This document shows positions 14,150 through 24,290 of a DNA stretch of 64,000 bases, one piece after another. Under the pieces are notes generated by a model. It made no database searches, was not told the origin of the DNA, and was given only the letters and a program-made list of their open reading frames with translations. Both the position numbers and the translations under genes were made by a program. This stretch comes from Paragordius varius. Lineage: Eukaryota; Animalia; Nematomorpha. The stretch covers positions 8,494,001 through 8,558,000 of the forward strand of contig OZ176056.1 in assembly GCA_964247055.1 (NCBI GenBank), in the 5' to 3' direction. Each line of letters begins with the position of its first letter. Position 1 is the first letter of the stretch.

Positions 14150-14323
14150 TTCAGTATTATATTAATTTTAAAGGAATTTTCATTTTTCAAAAATTTTAGG
14201 TAATTTTTAATATCAAAAAAACACAATTTATTTTAGGGTGAATTTGAATAGTTCAAGGGTGAATTTGAATCGTTCAAGGGTGAATTTGAATTGTTTAAGG
14301 GTGAATTTGAACTGCAAATGGTA
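14150..14323. mobile_element. Half copy of foldback-type MITE (family FB)
   Basis: About 4 arm repeats ending GAACTGCAAATGGTA, followed by (TA)n. Confidence 0.7.
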
Positions 14324-14983
14324 TATATATATAAAATCTAATAAAATATTTGTTAATGCCCATAGATTTTGCGAATGTAGCCCGTCGGATTTTTTGACCC
14401 GAAAATTCGGCCTGTAAAGCCGATTGTGTCAAACACCTTTGCTCTAAATAAATAAACCTTTACAATTTACTTAAAAAATATTCGAATTTTTCGGATATAT
14501 TATAAAAGGAATTTCGGAATTCCTGATTCCAATCTTGTATGACATGACGTGCGGTGGCCACTTAAATATCAGGTAAGCCGCCTTTCTTGAGTTTTTCCAT
14601 TCTTTTAGCTAAGGTTGCTAGAAATGCGTTGCAAACGTCATTTTTTTCTTGATTTTCAGTACTTAAGGTATTCACATTCGTATTATCTAAATCCATATCG
14701 ACTCCAGATAAACCAGTTTGATATGGTTCATTGTTGAGTTTATACTTCTTTTCAAGCTAATAAAACCAAAGTTATATGTATAAATAGAATTTAAAAAAAA
14801 ATTTAATAAAGGCATTTAGGAAAAAAACTTTTAATATGTAAATCAAATGTTAAAAATGTTTTATATCACGTAAATTAAACTGTTGAATTATTATAATAAT
14901 TTTAAATTAAATATACATTGCTTTGAATTTTAACTTTTACACAAACTTAATATATTTAATATCTTAGCATTTTACTTTATGTA

Positions 14984-15268
14984 CAGTAAAAATTGTAATT
15001 ATACGAACAATACCTAAAAAATATAAAGACTATTTTTTTTAACAACCACATACTTTTTGAAACCATTATTTTTCTTATATAAATTTTTAATTACAATTGT
15101 AAAATATACAATTGATTATGCCAATATACATCTTTATTTTCTACTTTATAATTTTAAAGAATGATTTTTATTTAAAAAATCGAGATCCAAAAAGTATTGG
15201 TTGTCTTTTAAAAAATAACATTTGCCTTATTTTTTTACGTTTCGTACGTATAATTTCAATTTATACTG
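14984..15268. mobile_element. Tc1/mariner (pogo-like) MITE with TA target-site duplication
   Basis: TA|CAGTAAAAATTGTAATTATACG ... CGTATAATTTCAATTTATACTG|TA, with an internal AAGACAACCATACTTTTGAAA motif. Related degenerate copies at ~4373-4460, ~5440-5725, ~10725-10820, ~11806-12100, ~12180-12400 and ~55707-56262. Confidence 0.75.
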
Positions 15269-16217
15269 TAAGTTTAAATTAGGCAAAACACTACAACATA
15301 AGGTCTGCATAAATTACATCGTTTACAAAAAAATTTATTATAAAAATTAATATTATAAAATTAAAATTATTGCGAGTATATTAGATTTATACTGGAGCTA
15401 TCCCGCCACATTTAGCAATAATCTGTATAATAGGATCTTCTATGTCTTCGATTTAATTGAGTATATATTTGAGTTAAATAAAAAAAATTTAAAAAAAGAT
15501 ATAAAATTTGATATTTTTCATAAACTGTGAAAACTTTTTTTAAATAATTGTTTTGTACAATATTAATAATTTTATGTTAACCGATAAAATCGTTAACAAA
15601 TTATTATTACTAGTTTAGATATTTGTGTTATGCTTGATTTATACATTTTTGAGACATATTAAAATAAAAGCTTTATTAATATAATTGGATATCTAATAAG
15701 ATATCCATTTTCTGTCACTATAAATTAAAAATTTTTTTGCGTAAATGAGCCGCAGGCGCCCTAAGAGTGCTTTATAATTGCCTATGACCATATTGATACT
15801 TAAATTATTTTTTTATTAATGTTGAATTTTTTAAATACACATAAACGAATTTTCGCTCGTTTTAATATTAATTAATTTTCTTTAGATTTAATTGTAATTG
15901 TTATTTTTTACCCAATTCGAAATGTAGAAAAATTTCCCTACATTAAAATGATTTCAAAATTTTGGCTCACGTTGTTTCTGTTTCTGTATTCTATTTTCTT
16001 TTCTATTTTGAAATTTTATTGCATTTTTTTGTAATTAAGCAATTTACCCAAAGCATATACATATTCCCATAAAATATTTTTTAAATCAATCATTAATTTT
16101 CGACCATTTTTTTTATGGATAATTCAAATTTATATTCCTATTTTTTGGAAAAAAACACTTAATATTTTAAAATAAATTTAAAGTTAACATCTAATGTAAA
16201 AAAACGTTAATTATCCG

Positions 16218-17815
16218 ATGAAAATCGCTCCTTTTAAAAAGAGACTGGGAAGAAAAATTCTTTGTTGTTTTAAATTATAATAAAGTTACCTGCCTTATAT
16301 GTAAGGACAACATAATTAAAAAAAATACAACTCATAAATTAACAGAATGCGTAGCAAAATACAAAAAGATTACAGAATTATACCTGAAAGAAAAATCTAT
16401 TATCTCCATGGCTTACCCCAGGAAAAAGCTTTAACATTAGCTTCGTATGAAATTTGCCATTTTTAGGAAAAAATGTAAAGCCATTCCCAACTAATGAAAG
16501 AATGACTAATAAATGGTTGCACTTTTTTATTTGATAAATTCCATAATAAAGATCAAATCATGAGGCAAATTAAAAAACTTACTCTGATTCAATCGATGCA
16601 TTGAAGATATGTCTAAATATATTTTTAACAAAACATTATTAGCTCTGAAAAACTGCAAATATTTTAATATAGCTATTGATTCCAGCACTGATATTAGTTC
16701 AACACCTCAATGTGCGCTATTCGTGCGATTTAGCAATGACAACATAATCAACGAGGAATATTTAAAATTTTTACCAATGAATAATACCACCAAAGGAAGT
16801 TTTCACGTAGTACTTTTTTCGATAATAATGGATCTATGAAAAAATTGATTTCGATCTGCACAGATAGCTGTCCCTCAATGATTGGAATAAACAAACGATT
16901 TATTCTTCTTTTGAAAAACAAATAATTTGCAAAATAATTTATTCTTTCACTGCGTTATTCACCAGCAAAACTTGGTTAAGGTTGTGTATATAGTTAACCA
17001 CAACCGTGTCAGAGAGTTCAACCGCCGTAAATTCGAAAACCTTTTGAAAGATATCACAGTGATTTTGATGATATTCTTCTGTACACCGCTGTGAGATGGC
17101 AAGCCTTAGCAAAGTATTAAAAAGATTTTCTGTTTTAAGACATGAAATTCTATTATTTTTAAAAGATAACAGAAGGTTTGACGAGGAAATTAACAGTGAC
17201 AAATGGTCGGTTTTATTAGACCATTGCGACATTACTTATAAACTTAGTATTTTTAATACAAGTTCAAGGGAGCAAAATAATAACCCAATTTGCTAATCAT
17301 ATATTTGCTTATGAAGAAAAACTAAAATATATATACATGATTTTATAAATAAAACACTCCTATATTTTCCAACACTTAAAAGGATGAAGAAAATATGAAA
17401 ACCACGGAGATTAATTTAATAATAGGCAATCATTTAGCATTTTTTCTAATGAAATGAAATTCAGATTTTCTAAGAAATAATAAAAATTGCTTAAAACTCG
17501 TTGAAAATACATGGCATATAAATATATCCAATATTAAGCAATTGAGCATTTCGGTTTTGATCAGGCTTGAAGAATTTGTGGATTTTAAATGATTCCAATT
17601 TAAGGTATTCAAGGAGAATCGTAGGGAAGAAAGATATGTAGACTTTTGGCAAGCTGTGCCAAATAAATATGAAAATATAAAAAATGTGGCCAAGTTATCC
17701 TAACTGTTTTTCCCTCAACTTACACGTGTGAGAGAGCATATTCAAAAAGTATGTGAATACATACAGAAAACGCTTAACCGATGATCATATGGACGACTTT
17801 GTAGAATTGGCCTGA
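16218..17815 (+). mobile_element. Decayed hAT transposase, Buster/Charlie (GTF2IRD2/EPM2AIP1-like) group
   Basis: Frameshifted fragments: MKIAPFKK..WEEKFFVVLNYNKVTCLICK (N-terminal zinc finger); YFNIAIDSSTDISSTPQCALFVRF (first catalytic D); LSKVLKRFSVLRHEILLFLK; VFPSTYTCERAYS and RKRLTDDHM (hATC dimerisation region). Many stops. Confidence 0.85.
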
Positions 17816-18239
17816 GAGGCGAACCAAATTTGTCAAAAATTATTGGTTAACCAGAGAACTGTTTTTATCAAAATATTTTAATTTAACTAAATGGTGCATA
17901 TCGACTTTTTAGCTGGATTTACATGCGATCCGCAAAAACCATTATGCTGATTAGTATAAATAAGTGCATATGTGTCAAATAGCTATGGAATATTTGCCAT
18001 TATAAGGTTAATGACCCTCGAAAAAAAATATATTTTATTTGGCTCGTCAAATTTTTTTAGTGAGTAGTATATAACTAAGGTGATCAGATTTTTTGAAGGA
18101 AAAAGTGGGACGAATCTGAGAAGGGGGGGCTCATTGGGGGGTACAACCAAAAATTTTTATAAAAATTTATTGTAATATTTATTTATTTTTAATACAAATA
18201 CATTATAAATATAAAAAAATTTGTAACTAAACCTAACAG

Positions 18240-19150
18240 GTTGTTTGAACCTTATTCAATAAATTTACATGTGCACGAACAAAGGGTGAAGCGATTGCAA
18301 TATTCTAGAAAAAAATAATAAAGATGAAATCATCACAAAGTGCGCTGGGTGATGCAAGAAGCGGTACAAAAAATATTTTTAACAATTTAGCGAATAATCT
18401 TAATCAAAACATTATTGGCAGATACACAACGCTATTCAAACAGCTAGCGACACAGGTTGACAGCAAGTCTCTGATAAGGTTGGCAAGCTGTTGGAAGTGG
18501 GAACGCACGCCGTTGGATGGGGGCCAGTGATAGTGTGCACAGGCCAACTAACTCCTAGTACGGTGCCCACCGTATAGAGGTTTTCAAGAAAGAAAAGGCT
18601 CTAGGAACTAGCAATCCCTTAGTATGGGCACAACTGCTTTCTCCTTTTGGAGTGACTATAGTTCCTATATGGAACTGAAAGGACCGCTGCGTTTAAAGCG
18701 GGACCTGTCAGGAAATTTAACCCTGGACGTGGAAAATATAGATGTTAAAATGCTTGGATATTGTAGAACTGTTGGTTAGCTCTTTTGCAAGCGATAATAT
18801 TTATAAAAATGTCTCCTAGAATCCTATTTTTTATCACAGGACAAAGGTCAAAATTACAAGTCAAAAAAGTTTAGAAAATAATTTTATACCATTACCTAAT
18901 CGCAATATTATAAAGCATACAGAAAAACAAGGCTCAATGAATAGCCAGAATATAAAAATATTTTATACAAACAGAAACGATTATTTGGAAGACAAGACAC
19001 GGTGCACAATGACACTTTTTTATGAAGTCTCATTATTAAATAAATATATTGAATGAAAACTTATATTATGGACAACAGAAAAAAATACGTAGGATAGAAA
19101 GGGATAATTTGTAAACAAAATATGTTCCATACAATAATATTTTAATTGTA
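18240..19150 (+). mobile_element. Internally deleted, inverted copy of the same hAT transposase family
   Basis: Plus-strand KFTCARTKGEAIA, GTKNIFNNLANNLNQNIIG and TTTTATCACAGGACAAA match the minus-strand transposase at 20170-20850. Confidence 0.7.
18465..18800 (-). mobile_element. GC-richer insertion, probably a degenerate non-LTR reverse transcriptase fragment
   Basis: GC is clearly above the background. Minus-strand snippets ILTSIFSTSRVKFPD, LENLYTVGTVL and GVRSHFQQLANLIRDLLS (in different frames) loosely resemble RT domains 1-3 of non-LTR elements. It splits the plus-strand hAT fragment. Confidence 0.35.
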
Positions 19151-21519
19151 GAATTTGCATTATCTTTACCTGAACCACTGCTATCGCGTTTTTCCACAGT
19201 AAATTAAGTAAGGACACGGAATCAAATTTAATTGTTGAATAAAAGCCATTTTATGTGTTCAAATATAATTTGACAAATTATGAAGACTTATAAAATATTT
19301 TAAGTAATTTTGGTTATTTTTTAACATAAAAACTTTATGAATATAAGAAAATATTTTATTCTTTGGTATATGAGTGAATGCGTTTAAGCAGATTGTCATC
19401 ATTTTTTAAAATATTGCAGAAGTCTTCACAAGAACTTGTCAAATTACAGATAAAACGGCCTTTAAAGTTTCAATATTTAAATTTTATTTTTATGTCCACA
19501 CCTGATTTACTGTGGAAAAAACGCGCTCAGTAGCAGCGTTGGTTCCAAGTAAAGATAGTGCGTATTCCACAATTTTTAAAATATTATTGTATGTAATATA
19601 GTTGGCTTCAAAATGATGAAATATTTCCAACCATTTCTTTTCTACTGTATATTTTTCTTTTGTCCATAATTTAAGTTTTTCATTATTAATATATCTTTTA
19701 ACTAATGATACTTTAGAAAAAAGATCATTTTCTGAAAGATTACTTTTTGAGAATTTTTGGGAGCAGATATAATCAAATGATTTTTGAACATCGCACCAAT
19801 TAAATTCTGATTTTAATGTTATCCAATGAAAATGATCAATTTCATTGAATTGCGTCGTCCAGTCTTCCAAATAACCTTTACAGTTTGTATAAAACATTTT
19901 TATGTGGTACAGGATATCTTGGCGATTTATTAAGCCTTGTTTTTCTAAATTATTTATTATATTGCGGATGGTTAATGTTATAAAATTATTTTTTAACCGT
20001 TCTTGACATTGGAATTTTAGGTTACTAACTTCATTGGCTACTTCGATTGCCGAAATTTTGTCACCTTCTATAAATTTAATAACATTTTGAAAGAGAGAAG
20101 CTTGATTATGTAAGAATTCTAACCATATTTTTAAAGAATCACCTAAAAAACTTTATTAAAGTTGTAGGCCATTTGTCCTGTGATAAAAAAAAGATTGTAA
20201 AGGATCATACATTTTTAAAATTCTTTGGATAGCTGGCATAAAAGCTAACCAACGAGTTTTACGATATCCAAGCATTTTTTGATATTGAACTTCTGCATTT
20301 TCACAGAATTCTTTAAGCGTTTCAACACGTACCGCGTATATATAAAAATAGGAATATATTTCAACTACATTTTCCACATCTAGGGGTAACAAATCAGCAG
20401 CTGTTTGAATAGCGTTGTGTATTATATGCGCTGCACACCCAACGCCAATAATGTTTTGATTAAGATTATCTGTTAATTTATAAAAAATATTTTTTGTTCC
20501 CCTCCTTGCTTTTCCACCAAAGTTCGTATTGGTGTTGTCAGCACAATATGCGATAATTTTCTCTTTCAAATTATTTTTTTCTAGAATATGCATTATTGAA
20601 GTAAATATTATTTCGGAATTTTCACGGGAAATTAAATCTAAAATTTTAATTTTTACTTCGGTTTCTGAATTAAAATATCTTATCAAAGTGGGAAATAATA
20701 TTGTTTCATGGTGATTTGATGCATCAGATTATAAGGATAAGAAATTAATTTTTAGCAAATCTTTCTGTATTTCAGAAAATGCATGTGGCGAAAGGACATT
20801 GCACACATGGCTTCAGCCTTTGTACGGGAACATGTAAATTTTTTTTGGAATAACGTGCGAATAACCTGTGAGGTACAGTGCATAGATCTAAAGGAATGAT
20901 TGATTAACGGCGTGAAAAGATAACACGCCCTCAGCTAGTGCCAAATTCTTTTCTTCCTCTTCAAAAGCGGTTTTTCGAAAAAAACGCTCATTTTGTAATG
21001 ATGCCGCCATATCTAAACATTTTTTATGTTTCTGTGTTTCCATATGCTTTGTAATATCATGCTTGCCGCCATGTGCTAGGGTAAATTCCCCCTCGCATAT
21101 AAGACATTTAACAGATGATTCATTTTTCGTTTTTTTAATAAAAGGAAAATCTTTCATCAATTCATCGTTGAATTTACAACCTCTTTTTGTGCTCATATTT
21201 ATAAACTACTATTAGTATAATAAATATTATATTACCGTAATTTTCCGAAATAAACGTGTAAGGTACCGATTTGTGGTATCAATTTGTCTTTTAAGCTACC
21301 GATTTGTGGTATTAATTTGGCTTTTTAATAATGTTGGCACGTAAAAAAACTAAAATATTAGTATAATAAATATTATATTACCTTAATTTTCTGGAATAAA
21401 CGTGTAATGTACCGATTTGTGGTATCAATTTGTCTTTTAATCTAGAGTATTGTGGTATTAACTTGGCTTTTTGATAATAATGACAGTAGTAGTAGGAAGG
21501 AAAGTGTATAATCATATGT

Positions 21520-22960
21520 GAATTCGAAAAATTCAACAATCTAACTTAAATCCCGCACAGAAACTTGATGCAATAAAAACCTTCTTCTACCCTACCCTAA
21601 CCCACATGCTCAGGCATAAATAACTAAATTATAATATTAGTAACTCAATCGATTATTAAAGCAGTAAACAAATCCTCGCAATCCTGAAAAGTGCGGCCAA
21701 TAGTTACTTATTTGGTTCACGTAGCAAGGGATTAGGGCTTCCTTTAACGAAGGATGATATGAACATCTTCCGGATCGACTCGGCGGTTAAATTACTAACC
21801 AGCAACGACGAAGTGGTCCGGAACACCGCTTTCCTTGAACTAAGTAAAACCGTAGGTAGGAGATTCACACTGTCACCTAACGAGCTAGCTTCCTTTCTAT
21901 CGGGGACACACCTGACTCCATCAACAGAAACAATGGGTTTGACAACGTTTGGACTAAAGCCCGAATGGCTTCCAAAAGCCTCAAGGTCAGTCGGTCACTC
22001 GACCCAACGTTCTCAGTGGCATTTAACAACATTACAATCGATATAAACAATCGACACAATCTAGTATCTCCCCTGCGCAAGTGGAAAAAGACATCACGTC
22101 GACCGTGATCTCGAACACACCGCCTCGCAAGGAAAGGTAATGCAGTGTGTTGCACAACACAAAGCATCACATTTCTTCCTATACAACCTAAGATACAGGA
22201 ACTGGAAGTTCATACACAAGCAAGGCTTATCCTCCTACCCACAAAGAAGCCAAAGGTTTGCCAATTCGTAGGATCGCAACTGCTGGAGATGCAACGAGCC
22301 CAACGAATCCACAGGCCACAGGCCATATTGGGTTCTGCGCCAACAGCAGTCAATTAATTAACTTGCGACATCATAATATAGTGGGTCACATAAAACAAAA
22401 CCTCCCATTCAATGCACGACTAATATCCGAAAATCAAGCGTTGGACTCGTCAGGATAACGACCCGATCTCGTGGTGGCGCAACAAGTGCCTTATCATCGA
22501 TCCAACTGTCACCCACGAGAACGGGCCCAACGCCCTAGATGAAGCACATAATATTAAGATAGAGAAGTATCGTCACCTCACAGACTCACTTTCCGGCCAA
22601 TTTACGAGGTTTATATCATCCCAATCGTCGTGGGCGCACTTGGATCATGGCACTCCAAAAACGAGAGATTATTCGAAAAACATTAATATGAAAAATAAGG
22701 CTGAGATGAGAAAGGATATAGTCATCGACACCATCAAATTTTCCTGATATATTCTTTGAATTTACCAGTGGTAGAAACTATATCCCCTCCTTCCCGGAAA
22801 CATCCACGTCCAACCTCATCCCACAGTCCCACTGCTCATCCGTAACACAATAAGGCTCAATTTGTATCAATATATCGATTCTGTCCATATGATCACCTAT
22901 TTATATTCTTTTTAGCATGTTTTTTATATTCCTTATATTTTTATTTTTATCAAAATAAAT
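21520..22960 (+). mobile_element. 5'-truncated RLE-clade non-LTR retrotransposon (NeSL/Utopia-like), frameshifted
   Basis: KIQQSNLNPAQKLDAIKTFFYPTL (post-RT region); IDSAVKLLTSNDEVVRNTA; WKFIHKARL; zinc knuckle C-WR-C-NEPNESTG-H-I(L)GF-C; RHHNIV; LRPDLVV; IIDPTVTHENG...KIEKY; IIPIVVGALGSW (restriction-like endonuclease); then a 3' UTR with AATAAA. Confidence 0.88.
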
Positions 22961-23399
22961 ACACAAATCAAATTAAATACCTAAATAGATAGAATATGAA
23001 AAGTTAAAAGTTAAATATATTGTTCTGCTTTCGAAAAATATTTTATGTTATAGTTTTAGGTTTTGTCATGTATATTTTCAATCTTTACAGTAAATAGGGT
23101 TAGAAATATAGAGCTAAAAATTCCTTTGTGCAATATATTAGGAACATCCCCAGAGATTAACATGAATATATTGAATATTACTCTAATGGTATTTTAAAGA
23201 ATGCCTTATCCCATAGCAATCTTCAAAATAAAAATGACGCCATCTTATCATCTATAAACCCCGGGGAGAACAGTAACAAACGCAAAAGATAAAAAGATCC
23301 AAGTGACCCTATTGGTGACATTTTAAGCGCATGAATTACTAATTGCAAAAATATTAAGGATTAAACATTCTCGGCTAAACCGCTTTAAACTAATCTTAT

Positions 23400-24290
23400 C
23401 AAATAACAAAGAATTAACATTTAAAATCAAACAGAAGTAGGTTGGCGATGAATTACTACATTTAACAGATTATTAGCAAATTTTAAAACTTTAACCGATT
23501 TTTAGCAAACTTTAACCGAAATTTTAAGAAAACTTTAACCGATTTTTAGCAAATTTCAAGGGCACTTTAACCGATTTTTAGCAAATTTTAAGAAAACTTT
23601 AACCGATTTTTAGCAAATTTTAAGAGAACTTTAACCGATTTTCAGAAAATTTTAAGGTAACTTTAACAGATTATTAGCAAATTTCAAGGGCACTTTAACC
23701 GATTTTTAGCAAATTTTAAGGAAACTTTAACCGATTTTTAGCAAATTTTAAGGAAACTTTAACCGATTTTTAGCCTATTATAAGAGAACTTTAACCGATT
23801 TTTAGCAAATTTTAAGGAAACTTTAACCGATTATTAGCAAATTTTAAGGAAACTTTAACCGATTTTTAGCAAACTTTAACCGAAATTTTAAGAAAAACTT
23901 TAACCGATTTTTAGCAAATTTTAAGGAAACTTTAACCGATTTTTAGAAAATTTTAAAACTTTAACCGATTTTTAGCAAACTTTAACCGAAATTTTAAGAA
24001 TACTTTAACCGATTTTTAGCAAATTTTAAGGAAACTTTAACCGATTTTTAGCCTATTATAAGGAAACTTTAACCGATTTTTAGCAAATTTGAGGAGAACT
24101 TTAACCGATTTTCAGAAAATTTTAAGGTAAGTTTAACAGATTATTAGCAAATTTTAAAACTTTAACCGAATTTTAAAAAATTTTAAAACTTTAACCGATT
24201 TTTAGGCCAATTAGTAAAAAACTTTAACGCATTTTTAGCATATTTTAACCGATTTTTTTAAGGTAACTTTAACCGATTTTTAAATTGATT
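23400..24290. repeat. Satellite 1 (~31-32-bp monomer, AACTTTAACCGATTTTTAGCAAATTTTAAGGA), short array
   Basis: Direct tandem repeats visible in the sequence. Confidence 0.95.

Larger units (their letters stand above)
13383..15460 (-). pseudogene. Remnant of a circularly permuted nucleolar GTPase (GNL3/nucleostemin or GNL2-type), C-terminal exons only
   Basis: Minus-strand exons: ~15392-15460 (IEDIEDPIIQIIAKCGGIAP, CCA|gtataa); 14471-14756 (LEKKYKL...VCNAFLATLAKRMEKLKKGGLPDI*VATARHVIQDWNQ), matching the FL..LA...G.L.KGG.PD...AAR.V..DW motif; possible further exons at ~14360-14443 and 13383-13507. One in-frame TAA and one apparent 1-nt deletion; no G1/G3/G4 GTPase motifs are found upstream in the window. 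Confidence 0.7.
18076..21500 (-). mobile_element. Decayed hAT (Blackjack-like) DNA transposon with frameshifted transposase
   Basis: Minus ORFs 20888-21196 (KCLICEGEFTLAHGGKHDITKHMETQKH, zinc finger), 20156-20686 (YCADNTNTNFGG...IGVGCAAHIIHNA...KTRWLA) and 19490-19897 (GTNAATERVFSTVNQVWT). Blackjack-type terminus TAAGGTGATCAGATTTTTTGAAGGAAAAAGTGGGAC at 18076; direct subterminal repeats at 21230-21470. The other end is interrupted by the retrotransposon at ~21520. Confidence 0.82.

Noticed and set aside
14550-14560. Alternative genetic code (in-frame TAA in the GNL-like exon; TGA/TAG in the lectin-like frame; stops in the MCM2 exon)
   Set aside because: About 690 CNOT2 codons and the 285-codon LRR ORF have no internal stops and use CAA/CAG for Gln and TGG for Trp. 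The stops occur only in sequences that also have frameshifts or are orphan fragments.
22940-23100. U2 snRNA, SL1 RNA or rDNA target next to the RLE retrotransposon 3' end
   Set aside because: No recognisable match to these RNAs at any of the three junctions.
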